Source of the DNA: an uncultured Rhodobacteraceae bacterium
GTDB taxonomy: Bacteria; Pseudomonadota; Alphaproteobacteria; Rhodobacterales; Rhodobacteraceae
Length of the DNA stretch: 64,000 nucleotides
Assembly: GCA_938049225.1 (NCBI GenBank)
Contig: CALICM010000045.1
Coordinates: 33,114 to 97,113, forward strand
Direction of reading: 5' to 3'
Positions 46,498-57,094 of the stretch are shown here, piece after piece. The first letter of the stretch is position 1, and the number at the start of each line of letters is the position of its first letter. The notes beneath the pieces were generated by a model that was not told the DNA's origin, ran no database searches, and saw only the letters and a program-made list of their open reading frames with translations. Made by a program: the position numbers and the translations under genes.

Positions 46498-47109
46498 TCA
46501 GGTTTCGTGCTGGATCGTTTTGCGGTCGTAGAACCGCAAGGCAGCGGCCCGTTGATCCGCGCCACGGAACAGGTTGGGCATGGTCCAATCCGGCGTTTCG
46601 CCAGCAAACAGATCCAGAAAGGCGATGCCCAACGACGGGTCGCTGAGGGCGTTTTCCCTAAAGCTCCACCAGGTGCGGATCTGGCCCAGCTCGGGCGCCT
46701 CGCGCTGGTTCTCGTTGAAATCCTGCTCCAGAACGGCCGAGCGGATGGTTAGGCAATAGGCAACATAGACATAGCCCTCGGGCCAGAAATAGGCGGGGTT
46801 GGCGGGATCGGCACCCGGCGGATTTTGCTGCACCGACAGGGGTTTGTGGGCAATCAGCTCTCGTAGCATCAGGCCCGCGGCAAAGCCAACATAGGCGTGC
46901 CGGTCCGCGTCGGTCTCGGGCTTTTGTGCCTCGAAGGCTTTCAGCCAGTTCAAAAATGTGGTGGTCAGACGTTGCTCATTTATGTCGAAGCGGACACCGG
47001 TTTCGTCCGAGGTTCGGTCGACCTGGTCGCGGAACGAGGTTTTGAACCACCGCAGGCGCCGGATCGATTTGCGCAGCGGTTGTTTGGCCTGGGCAATAGG
47101 GGGTGACAT
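46498..47109 (-). CDS. Hypothetical protein (203 aa)
   Basis: TGATG overlap with the upstream ORF. No motif recognised. Confidence 0.6.
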   Translation of the reverse strand: MSPPIAQAKQPLRKSIRRLRWFKTSFRDQVDRTSDETGVRFDINEQRLTTTFLNWLKAFEAQKPETDADRHAYVGFAAGLMLRELIAHKPLSVQQNPPGADPANPAYFWPEGYVYVAYCLTIRSAVLEQDFNENQREAPELGQIRTWWSFRENALSDPSLGIAFLDLFAGETPDWTMPNLFRGADQRAAALRFYDRKTIQHET

Positions 47110-47789
47110 CAGATCGCCCCGGCATAGGTTTCAAAGATCTTTGCCAGGTCCTTCTGATCCCCGGGCGACTGGTCAAAGATCGACGCGGCGACATCCGCGC
47201 ACAGCGCCAGCACCTCGGCCTCGGGCTGCGGCGTCGCATCACGCTCGACAAGCATCCATAGCAACAGGGCCAAGAGCGCGATCTGAATGATGCGGTTGTC
47301 CGACGCTGTAAGACCCAGAGGGGTGCCAGGGGCCGCGCCGATGACGTGGTGATCGCGCAGGTTTTGGAACAGATCTTGGGCGCGGTGGAACGCATCGCCC
47401 GTGGTATTGGCCATGGCACTGTCATAAGCAATCCGGGCGATGGTTTCGCTGACCATCAGGTCGGGCCGCTCTTGCCTGGCCAGCACGAATTCCAAACCGC
47501 GATAAGCGAGGTCGGCGAACAGATCAGCTGTGGCCCGGTCAGCGTCGAACCCGTGCAACTGAGCCACACGGTCCAGGCACGGGCGGGGCGGGGTCTGCGG
47601 GTCCAGACCCGCGCGGGCGAAGCGCGCGACCCCTTGGGCGATGTCCCTAAGCACGGCTGGCAAGGCGGCCTCGACCGAATCGGCCAGCTTAGGCGGGCCA
47701 TTGAGGGTTTTGCGCAAGCCGCGCAGGATGTCGCGAACCGGCATCGACAGCTCGCTCGGTAGGGGCAGCGGCGGGATCTGTGGCGGCAT
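47109..47789 (-). CDS. Hypothetical protein (226 aa)
   Basis: ATG at 47789, 38 nt after the PfkB kinase stop. No motif recognised. Confidence 0.55.
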   Translation of the reverse strand: MPPQIPPLPLPSELSMPVRDILRGLRKTLNGPPKLADSVEAALPAVLRDIAQGVARFARAGLDPQTPPRPCLDRVAQLHGFDADRATADLFADLAYRGLEFVLARQERPDLMVSETIARIAYDSAMANTTGDAFHRAQDLFQNLRDHHVIGAAPGTPLGLTASDNRIIQIALLALLLWMLVERDATPQPEAEVLALCADVAASIFDQSPGDQKDLAKIFETYAGAI

Positions 47790-47827
47790 GGCGGCGTCCT
47801 TGCGGTTCGGTGGTCCGTGCAAAGAGT

Positions 47828-48775
47828 TTATGACTTGATGGGGGTAGTTTCCATGAATGCCAAGGTCGCGTCCAGCGAAGATACCACCGCTTGCGAGCCC
47901 AACCCCATGGCATTCTGCGCCGAGGACGCCTGACCCAGCCGCACACACTCCTGCATAGGTCGGCCCAGATGCAGGCCGGTGGCGAAGCCCGCGTTAAAAC
48001 AATCGCCACAGCCGCAGGTGCACACGACGCCGATGTCAAAGGCGGGGATCTGAAAGCTTAGGCCGGACTGGTCCCGATAAAGCGCGCCATCTGCCCCCAA
48101 GGTCAGGATCACCGCGCCGACACCATGGTCCAGCAGAAACCGCGCGATATCGTCCAGATCGGTCAGGCCAGACAGCGCCATCGCCTCTTCCTCGGACGGC
48201 ATGAAATAGTCGGTTTGCGGCAATAGCGGCGCGACCAGCGGCATGTCATCTGGGGTCGAGGCGAAGACATCCAAAGTGGTGGTGATGCCCCGGTCACGCG
48301 CCGTGGCCAGCACCTCGGCGGTGCGACCCTGATCCATACGGTCCATCAGGCCGACGCCGCCGACATGCAGGATCTTGGTGTTCAGCACATCGTCCAGCGC
48401 CGCGTCGTCGACAAAAAAACCGGCGGTCGCGCCCCGTTTGTGCAGCGCGGGTCGGGCGCCATCGGGCCGCGTCGTGACGATCGAAGAGGACGTGGTGAAG
48501 TCAGGGCAGCGTTGCATGTGTTTTGTGTCGACGCGGAAAGATCCCAGCTTTTGCAGCACCCAGTCGCCCATGTCGTCGGGGCCGACGCCGCCCACCGCCT
48601 GTACCCGCAGCCCGTGCTTGGCGGCGACAATGGCCGCGCTGCCCGCAGCGCCCGAGACCGCCAGCGTGAACTCTTCGACAAAATAGGTGTCCGCGTTGGG
48701 GGGGATCTGGGTCACCGGGCGGCACAGGCAATCGAAGGTGTAAAACCCGATGGAGGTATAGTCGAACACTGGCAT
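47828..48775 (-). CDS. PfkB-family carbohydrate kinase
   Basis: ATG at 48775, 5 nt after AAAGGGGGC. Ribokinase-like motifs (AVSGAAGSAAIVAA, TCGCGDCFNAGF). Confidence 0.85.
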   Translation of the reverse strand: MPVFDYTSIGFYTFDCLCRPVTQIPPNADTYFVEEFTLAVSGAAGSAAIVAAKHGLRVQAVGGVGPDDMGDWVLQKLGSFRVDTKHMQRCPDFTTSSSIVTTRPDGARPALHKRGATAGFFVDDAALDDVLNTKILHVGGVGLMDRMDQGRTAEVLATARDRGITTTLDVFASTPDDMPLVAPLLPQTDYFMPSEEEAMALSGLTDLDDIARFLLDHGVGAVILTLGADGALYRDQSGLSFQIPAFDIGVVCTCGCGDCFNAGFATGLHLGRPMQECVRLGQASSAQNAMGLGSQAVVSSLDATLAFMETTPIKS

Positions 48776-48921
48776 TTCGCCCCCTTTTGTCATGTTTGTC
48801 AGCAGCCTAGCGCGCGGGTGGGCACCGGTCCAGATCGGTGCGGTGGCTAGCAATTGAGCCGGATCAAAACGTGATCGACGTGAGATGCGATACTCGGCGT
48901 GGACAACTCAAACGAAAGGCG

Positions 48922-49107
48922 ATGACCGGGATGTCGGATGTTATGAAATACGCACGGGCGCTTTACGAGGCACACGGCGACAAGGCCGAGGCGGAAGCGG
49001 CGCAACGCGCGCGCAAATACCAGGATGCGGGCGAGGTCGAGGAGGCCGAGCAATGGCGCAAGGTACGCCTGGCGATCAATCAGTTGCGTGGTGCGCATCA
49101 GGGTTAG
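48922..49107 (+). CDS. Hypothetical small protein (61 aa)
   Basis: MTGMSDVMKYARALYEAHGDKAEAEAAQRARKYQ..., helical and charged. Internal ATG of ORF 48838..49107. Confidence 0.4.
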   Translation: MTGMSDVMKYARALYEAHGDKAEAEAAQRARKYQDAGEVEEAEQWRKVRLAINQLRGAHQG

Positions 49108-49113
49108 GGGGTC

Positions 49114-50163
49114 TCAGCGGATCCGCTGGCCGGTTTTGGGATCAAAGAAGTACAGGCGCTGGGGGTCGAACGTCACATGGCAGGTGACGTCCAGATCGGA
49201 CCGGTAGTCACGGTCGGCCTTTACCTCGATCAGCCTGTCGCCTGCCTTCAGGGTCAGATAGGTCATATCGCCCGTGGGCTCGACACCATAGACTTGGCCG
49301 ATCAGATGCCCGCCATCGGCCGCGACACGGCAATCCTCGGGGCGGACGCCCAAGGTCACCGGCCCGTCCCAGGAAATCGGCAGGTCGGGCAATGTGACCC
49401 CTGCGGACTGAAAACGGTTATCCTTCACCTGCCCCTCGATCAGGTTCATCGGTGGCGCCCCGATGAAGCCCGCGACAAATGTGTTCGCGGGGTCGGAATA
49501 GATCTGATCTGGTGTGCCGATCTGCTGGATCAGCCCACCCTCCATGATCACGATACGGTCGGCCAGGGTCATCGCCTCGATCTGGTCGTGGGTCACATAG
49601 ACGGTGGTGATTTTCAACTGCCGTTGCAGGTGCTTGATCTGGACCCGCATCGCCTGGCGCAGCTTGGCGTCCAGGTTGCTGAGTGGTTCGTCCATCAGAA
49701 ACATCTGCGGCTGGCGGACGATGGCGCGGGCTAGGGCCGCGCGCTGGCGTTGACCGCCGGACAGGGCGCTGGGTTTGCGGTCCAGCAGATCGCCCAACTC
49801 GACCATATCGGCGGCCTCGCGCACCAGCCGGTCCTGTTCGGATCGGGGCACCGACCGCATCCGCAGCGGGAAGCGGATGTTCTCGTATATCGTCATGTTG
49901 GGATACAGGGCATAGCCCTGAAAGACCATCGCCACGTCCCGGTCGCGGGCGTCGATGTCGTTCATCACCTCGCCGTCCATGATTACCTGGCCCTCGGTCG
50001 GGTCCTCGAGCCCCGCGATCATCCGCATGGTGGTGGTCTTGCCGCAGCCCGAAGGGCCGAGAAAAACGATCAGTTCCTGATCCGCAATGTCGATATTGAC
50101 GTCGCGGACGCCCCAAACATTGCCCCAGCGTTTCTGGATGCCGGTCAGTTCAATGCGTGCCAT
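49114..50163 (-). CDS. Sugar ABC transporter ATP-binding protein (MalK/UgpC-like)
   Basis: GPSGCGKTT, LSGGQRQR, FLMDEPLS, plus a C-terminal regulatory/TOBE-like domain. Confidence 0.9.
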   Translation of the reverse strand: MARIELTGIQKRWGNVWGVRDVNIDIADQELIVFLGPSGCGKTTTMRMIAGLEDPTEGQVIMDGEVMNDIDARDRDVAMVFQGYALYPNMTIYENIRFPLRMRSVPRSEQDRLVREAADMVELGDLLDRKPSALSGGQRQRAALARAIVRQPQMFLMDEPLSNLDAKLRQAMRVQIKHLQRQLKITTVYVTHDQIEAMTLADRIVIMEGGLIQQIGTPDQIYSDPANTFVAGFIGAPPMNLIEGQVKDNRFQSAGVTLPDLPISWDGPVTLGVRPEDCRVAADGGHLIGQVYGVEPTGDMTYLTLKAGDRLIEVKADRDYRSDLDVTCHVTFDPQRLYFFDPKTGQRIR

Positions 50164-50164
50164 C

Positions 50165-51007
50165 CTAGCCTTTCACAGCCCCCATCGTCAGTCCCCGCGA
50201 CAGGTGTTTCTGGATCGCCACCACCACCACGAAGATCGGCACAAATGCCAGAAAGGCCACCAGTGCAATCGCGTTATAGATCACCCCATCCGATCCGCCG
50301 GTGAAATTCGCCAGTGCGACAGACATCGTATAGGCGTTCTTGGTCGAGGCGATAAGCAGAGTGAACAGGAACTCATTAATCGCGAAGATCATCGCGATCA
50401 CCGCCGCAGTGATGATCCCAGGCAGAACTGCCGGGATGATGATCTCCCACAAAATCCGCAGATCCGACGCGCCGTCGGTGCGCGCCGCATCCTCTAGCTC
50501 CTGCGGGATATCCATCATGTACGAGCGGATGATCCAGGTCACCACGCTCAGGTTGATGGCGGCATAGATCAGCATCAGCGCCCAGATCGTGTCGAGCAGA
50601 CCCATATTGCGGAATAGAAAAAAGATCGGGATCGCCACAATGGCCGGGGCCATCATCCGGGTCGACAGAATGTAAAAACCGATATCTTCGCGCCCGCGAT
50701 AGGTATAGCGCGACAGGGAATAGGCGGCCGGGATCGCCAGTACCAGATCGATCGCGACCGAGCCGACAATCGCCAGCACCGAATTGCGCAGATAGCTGCC
50801 CATCGGCCAATCCGACCAGATCATGTTCCAAGCATCCAAAGACAGTGTGGGCACATAGATCGGTTGCGGCGTGATGATCTCGGTCCTTGGGCGCAGGCCA
50901 ATCGACAGAAACCAGATGACCGGCACCAGGCAGAACAGCGCCCAACTGCCCAGGATCAGATACCGTACCACCCGGTTCTGTCCTCGTTTGCGGCGCTGCG
51001 ATGCCAC
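50165..51007 (-). CDS. Carbohydrate ABC transporter permease (CUT1, MalG-like)
   Basis: 280 aa, six TM segments, EAA-type loop (ELEDAARTDGAS). Confidence 0.88.
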   Translation of the reverse strand: MASQRRKRGQNRVVRYLILGSWALFCLVPVIWFLSIGLRPRTEIITPQPIYVPTLSLDAWNMIWSDWPMGSYLRNSVLAIVGSVAIDLVLAIPAAYSLSRYTYRGREDIGFYILSTRMMAPAIVAIPIFFLFRNMGLLDTIWALMLIYAAINLSVVTWIIRSYMMDIPQELEDAARTDGASDLRILWEIIIPAVLPGIITAAVIAMIFAINEFLFTLLIASTKNAYTMSVALANFTGGSDGVIYNAIALVAFLAFVPIFVVVVAIQKHLSRGLTMGAVKG

Positions 51008-51010
51008 GGC

Positions 51011-51937
51011 TCAGACCCTCCCCGAGCGAAAGGCGCGTTTGACCAGCACTTGTGCAACGATGATCGTCAGGATCAGCATCAGCACCGAAGCGGCCGAGGC
51101 ATAGCCGAAGTTGAAGGTCTTGAACCCGATGCGATAGATGAAATAGCTGATCGTCTCGGTCGAGCCGCCGGGCGTGCCCTTGGTCATGATAAAAACATTG
51201 GCGAACATTGTGGTGATGTCGATGCCGCGCAGGATCACCGCGACGGCAATCACCGGCCGCATCAGCGGCAGCGAGATGTTCCAAAAGATTGCGGCCCAGC
51301 TTGCACCGTCCAGCCGGGCGGCCTCTTCGATCTCCTCGTCTTGGCTTTGCAGAGCGGCGACGAAGATGATGAACAGGAACGGAGTCCACTGCCAGACATC
51401 CGCCAGGATCAGCGTCATGCGGGCCAGGGGGATCGACGATTGGAACGCGATGTTGGCGTCGATCAACCCGACACGCATCAACAGATCCGAGACGATCCGC
51501 CCGTCGTTGAAGGCCAGCTTCCACAGAAACGCGACGGCCGAGGGCATGAACAGCATCGGCACCAGAAAGATGATCCGCCATCCCCGGACAAACGGATCGC
51601 GATAGGCGTGATAGGCCAGCAACAGCGCCAGCGCGCACTGCAACGTCAGCGCGATGCTGCCCATGACCAGCGTGTTCCAAAGTGCGGCCCAGAACTCGCG
51701 GTCCGCGAAAAGCTGTTGGTAATTGTCCCATCCGGTCCATTGCCAGGGTCCGAATTTGACGAAGTGAAAGCTTTGCCAGATCGCAAAGATGCCCGGATAC
51801 AGTGTGATCGCCAGCAGATACAGAACGGCGGGCGCGACCAGCAGATATGGAAAAAGGCGGCGCATCGCTCGGCTGCGTCGCCTTTTGCTGCGAACCGGGG
51901 CCTTGGCGGCCCTGGCGGAAACTGTGGTCTGGCTCAC
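51011..51937 (-). CDS. Carbohydrate ABC transporter permease (CUT1, MalF-like)
   Basis: EAA-type loop (EIEEAARLDGAS). Start uncertain: GTG at 51937, 9 nt after the SBP stop, or ATG at 51865. Confidence 0.85.
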   Translation of the reverse strand: MSQTTVSARAAKAPVRSKRRRSRAMRRLFPYLLVAPAVLYLLAITLYPGIFAIWQSFHFVKFGPWQWTGWDNYQQLFADREFWAALWNTLVMGSIALTLQCALALLLAYHAYRDPFVRGWRIIFLVPMLFMPSAVAFLWKLAFNDGRIVSDLLMRVGLIDANIAFQSSIPLARMTLILADVWQWTPFLFIIFVAALQSQDEEIEEAARLDGASWAAIFWNISLPLMRPVIAVAVILRGIDITTMFANVFIMTKGTPGGSTETISYFIYRIGFKTFNFGYASAASVLMLILTIIVAQVLVKRAFRSGRV

Positions 51938-51947
51938 CGGCTGCCCG

Positions 51948-53492
51948 TCAGAACGGCAGCGCCTTGCCCTCGCCGACCCATAACCCGGGGGCGGCTGCGG
52001 CATAGTCGACCGGCGGGGTCGATCCGTAAAACCCGTTGCGATCCATGATTTGGCGCACGGCCGCGGCCGCGTTGTCCAGCGCTTCCTTGCCGGTGATCTG
52101 CCCCACCCAGGCGCGGTTCAACTCGTTGCCGATGGCCTGTTCCATCTCGAACATGCCCGGCAGGCGTGGGGCGCACCAGGCATAATCCAGGGATGTGCCC
52201 CAGACCTCGGCCGGTTGGCTGACCTTTTGCAACTCTGGGTTCGACAGGACCGAGCGATAGCCGGGCGCCACACCGTTCGCATTCGCCTCGTTCATCGCCA
52301 TGATCGAGGCGGTGGTCAGAAACGCCAGCATCAAGAAGGCGCCCTCAGCGTTTTGGGCCGAGGCGGCAACGCACGAGGTGGACCCCGCGATGTTCGGCGG
52401 CGCGAACCGTCCGCCATCGATGCGCGGTTCATAGATCGTGACGAAATCATCAACGATCTGCGACTGGTCGGGCCGCATCGCTTGGGTGCCGCTGTCCTGC
52501 CAACTGATATTCGTCGCGACTTGCCCGCCGAGCCAAGCGGCGCGGTTTTCGGGCCAGCCGGCGCCGGCGAAGCCTTCTATCGCATTGGGTGTCAGTGCCA
52601 GGATCGTCTCGACCCCTTTGACGCCTGCGTCGCCGTTGAAGATCGGCTCCCAATTCTCGTCGAACAGCATCATCCCGGCCTGGGCCGCCACATGCTCCCA
52701 CGTATAGGTGGACCAGAAACCGCGCCCGCCCAACAGCCCGACACCGGCCACGCCAGGCTCGACATTGTTCAGCTCAGCCGCCAAGCGGATCAGTTCGTCA
52801 TAGGTCGGGACCGAGGTCCACTTGTCGATCGGCCCGCCCAGCACCTGTTCGGCAAAGCCCTTGCGCAGATGCACCATTTGGATGTCGCAGTCGAAGGGGA
52901 TCCCGTACATCGTGCCGTTGAAGAAGCCGTAGTTTAGCCGGTAGGTGTCATAGAAGTCGTCCATCGGCAGGCCCCATTTGGCCGCGAAATCGTCCAGTGG
53001 GGCCAGGAACCCTGGGGCCGCGAAATCGCCCAACCAGGGCGAGAAGAATTGCAGTGCATCAAAGCTGGCGTTGCCCGAGATGAACTCGGCGATGGCTTTG
53101 TCATAGAAGCTGTCATCCGGGATTGGCACTAGTTCCACCGAGATCCCCGAGAGTTGCTCAAAGGGGACCAGACCCTCGGCCGCTGACTCCTGATCTGCCG
53201 CACCGATGGCGAAGCGAACCGACGTGCCCGCCAGTTCCGACCGCACGGCCTCCCAATCCACGGTGCGGATCCAGTCTTTGTTCGGATCCCAAAGCGGCTC
53301 GCCGGACATGTCATAGAGCGTGCGGTAGTCCTCGCGCACGTATTTCGGGACCGAGATATCGTCCAAAACGCTGGCCGGGTCGGGCAGATGCCCATCGGCG
53401 CGCACGATACTGGGCATCGCGGTGCCCGCGACCCCGGCAGCGGCGGTGGTTTTCAGAAACGAGCGGCGCGAAACGGGTGTAAGCTTCCCCAT
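51948..53492 (-). CDS. Extracellular solute-binding protein (family 1) with twin-arginine signal
   Basis: MGKLTPVSRRSFLKTTAAAGVAGTAMPSIVRA. 514 aa, which is long for this family. Confidence 0.85.
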   Translation of the reverse strand: MGKLTPVSRRSFLKTTAAAGVAGTAMPSIVRADGHLPDPASVLDDISVPKYVREDYRTLYDMSGEPLWDPNKDWIRTVDWEAVRSELAGTSVRFAIGAADQESAAEGLVPFEQLSGISVELVPIPDDSFYDKAIAEFISGNASFDALQFFSPWLGDFAAPGFLAPLDDFAAKWGLPMDDFYDTYRLNYGFFNGTMYGIPFDCDIQMVHLRKGFAEQVLGGPIDKWTSVPTYDELIRLAAELNNVEPGVAGVGLLGGRGFWSTYTWEHVAAQAGMMLFDENWEPIFNGDAGVKGVETILALTPNAIEGFAGAGWPENRAAWLGGQVATNISWQDSGTQAMRPDQSQIVDDFVTIYEPRIDGGRFAPPNIAGSTSCVAASAQNAEGAFLMLAFLTTASIMAMNEANANGVAPGYRSVLSNPELQKVSQPAEVWGTSLDYAWCAPRLPGMFEMEQAIGNELNRAWVGQITGKEALDNAAAAVRQIMDRNGFYGSTPPVDYAAAAPGLWVGEGKALPF

Positions 53493-53746
53493 GAGGTATC
53501 CTCCCTGAATGGTTATGGGCCCTCTGGTGGGGCCTTAAGGCGCAAGCGGCGTTTTGGAACATTTGCACGTTCTTGATAACTAATGTTCATTGATACTCAG
53601 CTGTCAAGATATATCGAAATTGGAATTGGTCAGGTTTGTAGACCCTTTTGCCGATATCCAAAGGGCGGGTTGTGAACATTCGTATTGATATTTGTACCAA
53701 AGTTCAAGATAGTTCTGAAGCAGGTTCACCCTGAAAGGATTGCCTC

Positions 53747-55081
53747 ATGCCATCGAATGTTGTCCTGACCGGCCTGGCCAAGGATCTGTCCGAGCGTCAG
53801 CGCGACGGACGGCCGGTGCGCATTGGCCTGATTGGAGCGGGCGAAATGGGGACGGACATCGTCACCCAGACGGCGCTGATGGATGGTATCGACGTGGCCG
53901 CGATTGCCGATTTGGCGCCTGCGGCAGGGCACAAGGCGGTCGAGATTGCCTACCAGAGCAGCGGCCATTCAGCGGATGCGACTACACCCGATGCGGCAAA
54001 TGCGGCGATTGAACAGGGCAAGACGGCAATCGCCGACGATCCGCAACACATATTGGACAGCGGCCTCATCGACGTGGTGATCGATGCAACTGGTGTACCG
54101 GCGGTGGGGGCTGAGCTGGGGCTCGCGGCGATGGAGCGCGGCAAGCATCTGGTGATGATGAATGTCGAGGCGGATGTGACCATCGGTGCCTACCTGAAAG
54201 CCGAGGCGGATCGGCTGGGCGTTGTCTATACCCTGGGCGCGGGGGACGAGCCGTCGTCGTGTATGGAGTTGATCGAGTTTGTCTCGGCGATGGGACATCG
54301 GATTGTCTGTGCGGGTAAGGGCAAGAACAATCCGTTGAACATCGACGCGATCCCCGATGACTATGCGGCCGAGGCCAAGGCGCGGAACATGAACACCCGT
54401 ATGTTGGTCGAGTTCGTCGATGGCTCGAAAACAATGGTCGAGATGGCGGCGATAGCGAATGCCACGGGGCTGATCCCCGACAAGCCGGGCATGCATGGAC
54501 CAGCGGCGGGGCCGAAGGAGCTGTCAAAGGTGCTGATCCCGCAGGCCGACGGCGGGGTTCTGTCGGCGCCGGGCCGGGTGGATTTCTCGGTCGGGAAGGG
54601 GTTGGCGCCGGGGGTTTTCGTGGTTGCCGAGATGCGCCACCCCCGCGTGTGGGAGCGGATGGAAGATCTGAAAATGGGGGAAGGCCCGTATTTCACGTTT
54701 ATCCGTCCGTATCATCTGACCTCGCTCGAAGTGCCGCTGACCTGTGCCCGTGCGGTGCTCTATGGCAAGGCCGATATGGTGCCCATGGCGCGGCCGGTGG
54801 CCGAGGTCTGCGCGGTCGCCAAGCGGGATCTGACGCCGGGGGATACGTTGGATCAAATCGGCGAGTATTGCTATCGCGCTTGGGTGATGGAGGCCGATGC
54901 GGCGCGCGCCGCGCGGGCAATCCCCTGTGGGTTGCTGGCGGGCAGCCGGGTTGCCGCGCCGATTGCCAAAGGCGCGCTGATCACCACGGCCAACACCACG
55001 CTGCCCGCAACCTCGCGGATTGTCGCGCTGCGCGCCCGGCAGGATGCGATGTTGGGGCTGGTCGAGGCCGCGCATGCCTGA
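53747..55081 (+). CDS. NAD(P)-binding oxidoreductase with SAF domain (COG4091-type 'predicted homoserine dehydrogenase')
   Basis: [16 protein letters not shown] Rossmann N-terminus. The C-terminal region resembles a SAF domain. Stop overlaps the E1 alpha start by 8 nt. Confidence 0.65.
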   Translation: MPSNVVLTGLAKDLSERQRDGRPVRIGLIGAGEMGTDIVTQTALMDGIDVAAIADLAPAAGHKAVEIAYQSSGHSADATTPDAANAAIEQGKTAIADDPQHILDSGLIDVVIDATGVPAVGAELGLAAMERGKHLVMMNVEADVTIGAYLKAEADRLGVVYTLGAGDEPSSCMELIEFVSAMGHRIVCAGKGKNNPLNIDAIPDDYAAEAKARNMNTRMLVEFVDGSKTMVEMAAIANATGLIPDKPGMHGPAAGPKELSKVLIPQADGGVLSAPGRVDFSVGKGLAPGVFVVAEMRHPRVWERMEDLKMGEGPYFTFIRPYHLTSLEVPLTCARAVLYGKADMVPMARPVAEVCAVAKRDLTPGDTLDQIGEYCYRAWVMEADAARAARAIPCGLLAGSRVAAPIAKGALITTANTTLPATSRIVALRARQDAMLGLVEAAHA

Positions 55082-56084
55082 CAGCAACCCCGAAAACCTG
55101 CCCTTCGCGATCCGGCACTACAGCCCGGATCAACTGCGGGGCGCGTTGCGCAAAATGATCTTGATCCGCAAGTTCGAAGAGGGGGCCGAGGACAGCTACA
55201 CCCGTGGCCTAATCCATGGCACGATGCATCTTTCGATTGGGCAGGAGGCCTGCGCGGTCGGGGCCTGTATGGCGCTGAGCGATGATGACAAGATCACCTC
55301 GACCCATCGCGGCCACGGGCATTGCATCGCCAAAGGGGCGGATGTGGCGCGCATGTTCGCCGAGTTCTTCGGCAAGGAAACCGGGTACTGCAAGGGTCGC
55401 GGCGGGTCGATGCATATCGCCGATGTCGCCAAAGGGAATTTGGGTGCGAACGGGATCGTCGGGGGTGGCCTGCCGATTGCTGTGGGTGCGGCTTTGTCGG
55501 CGAAACGGCTGGGAACCGGGGCGGTGACGGCCTGCTTTTTCGGGGATGGGGCCAACAACGAGGGGGCGTTTCACGAAGCGTTGAACATGGCGTCGATCTG
55601 GGCGCTGCCGGTGGTGTTCGTCTGCGAGAACAACAAATATGGCATGTCGATGTCGACCGAACGGTCGACGGCGGTCGCCGCGATCGCCGACCGGGCGGCG
55701 GCCTATGCCATGCCCGGTGTATCGGTGGACGGCAACGACTTTTCCGCTGTGGCCGAAACGGTTGAGGGCGCGGTGGCGCGGGCGCGGGCGGGCGCTGGCC
55801 CGTCGCTGATCGAGGCGGTGACCTATCGCTGGCGCGGTCATTCGAAGTCGGACCGCAACCGGTACCGCACAAAGGACGAGATCGCCGGGTGGATGGCCCA
55901 AGATCCGGTCCCCCGTATGGCGGCGATGCTGCGCGCGCATGGGGTGTTGGAGGACGAGGGGCTGGCTGCTTTGGAAGCCGAGGTCGCGGATGAAATCGCT
56001 GCCGCCATCCAATTCGCCAAGGATAGCCCTGCGCCGCGCGTGGACCATGCGACCCGCGATGTCCTGACCCCGAGTGCGGCGTGA
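55074..56084 (+). CDS. TPP-dependent 2-oxoacid/acetoin dehydrogenase E1 component, alpha subunit
   Basis: ATG at 55074. [36 protein letters not shown] thiamine-diphosphate motif. Confidence 0.9.
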   Translation: MPDSNPENLPFAIRHYSPDQLRGALRKMILIRKFEEGAEDSYTRGLIHGTMHLSIGQEACAVGACMALSDDDKITSTHRGHGHCIAKGADVARMFAEFFGKETGYCKGRGGSMHIADVAKGNLGANGIVGGGLPIAVGAALSAKRLGTGAVTACFFGDGANNEGAFHEALNMASIWALPVVFVCENNKYGMSMSTERSTAVAAIADRAAAYAMPGVSVDGNDFSAVAETVEGAVARARAGAGPSLIEAVTYRWRGHSKSDRNRYRTKDEIAGWMAQDPVPRMAAMLRAHGVLEDEGLAALEAEVADEIAAAIQFAKDSPAPRVDHATRDVLTPSAA

Positions 56085-57094
56085 ACATCGCCGTCGTGGA
56101 CTCCGGCTTGCGCGAGTTGTCCTATGCCGAGGCGATCCGCGAGGCGATGGACATTGCCCTGGCCACCGACCCGCGTGTGGTGCTGATGGGCGAGGATATT
56201 GGCGTCTATGGCGGGGCGTTCCAGGTCACTGGGGATCTGATCGACAAATACGGCCCCGACCGTGTGATGGACACCCCGATTTCCGAGCTTGGCGGCGCGG
56301 GCGTGGCTGTCGGGGCGGCGCTGACGGGTCTCAGGCCGATTTTCGAGTTCCAGTTTTCGGATTTCGCCACGCTGGCGATGGAACAGATCGTCAATCAGGC
56401 GGCGAAGCTGCGCTATATGCTGGGCGGTGCCGTTTCCGTGCCACTGGTGATGCGCTTCCCCGCAGGCTCGGGCACCGGGGCGGCCGCGCAGCACAGCCAA
56501 AGCCTGGAAGCCTGGTTTGGCCATGTACCGGGGCTGAAGGTGGTCCAGCCCAGCACGCCGCAGGATGCCAAGGGGCTGCTACTGGCGGCGCTGGACGACC
56601 CGGACCCGGTGATGATCTTCGAACACAAGCTGCTCTATAAGATGCGCGGGCCCGTGCCCGAGGGGGCGTATTGGGTGCCCTTGGACAAGGCCGAGGTTCG
56701 CCGCACGGGCACCGATGTGACCGTGGTCGCAACCGGGATCATGGTGCATAAGGCGCTTGAAGCGGCCGAGGTGTTGGCGGGCGAGGGGATCGCGGCCGAG
56801 GTGATCGACCTGCGCAGCATCCGCCCGCTGGACCGTGACACCGTGCTGGCCAGCGTGCGCAAAACCGGTCGACTGACGTGTGTCTATGAGGCGGTCAAGA
56901 CACTGGGCATCGGTGCCGAGGTCAGTGCCATGGTCGCCGAAAGCGACGCCTTTGACTATCTGGACGCGCCAATTGTGCGGCTGGGCGGGGCCGACAGCCC
57001 GATCCCCTATAACCCGGACCTCGAAAGGGCGGTCGTTCCGCAGGTTCCCGATATTATCGCGGCGGTGCGTGATCAGGCGCGAGGCGCGCTCTGA
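56081..57094 (+). CDS. 2-oxoacid/acetoin dehydrogenase E1 component, beta subunit
   Basis: Transketolase-like pyrimidine-binding and C-terminal domains ([15 protein letters not shown] ... DTPISE). 4-nt overlap with the alpha subunit gene. Confidence 0.9.
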   Translation: MNIAVVDSGLRELSYAEAIREAMDIALATDPRVVLMGEDIGVYGGAFQVTGDLIDKYGPDRVMDTPISELGGAGVAVGAALTGLRPIFEFQFSDFATLAMEQIVNQAAKLRYMLGGAVSVPLVMRFPAGSGTGAAAQHSQSLEAWFGHVPGLKVVQPSTPQDAKGLLLAALDDPDPVMIFEHKLLYKMRGPVPEGAYWVPLDKAEVRRTGTDVTVVATGIMVHKALEAAEVLAGEGIAAEVIDLRSIRPLDRDTVLASVRKTGRLTCVYEAVKTLGIGAEVSAMVAESDAFDYLDAPIVRLGGADSPIPYNPDLERAVVPQVPDIIAAVRDQARGAL

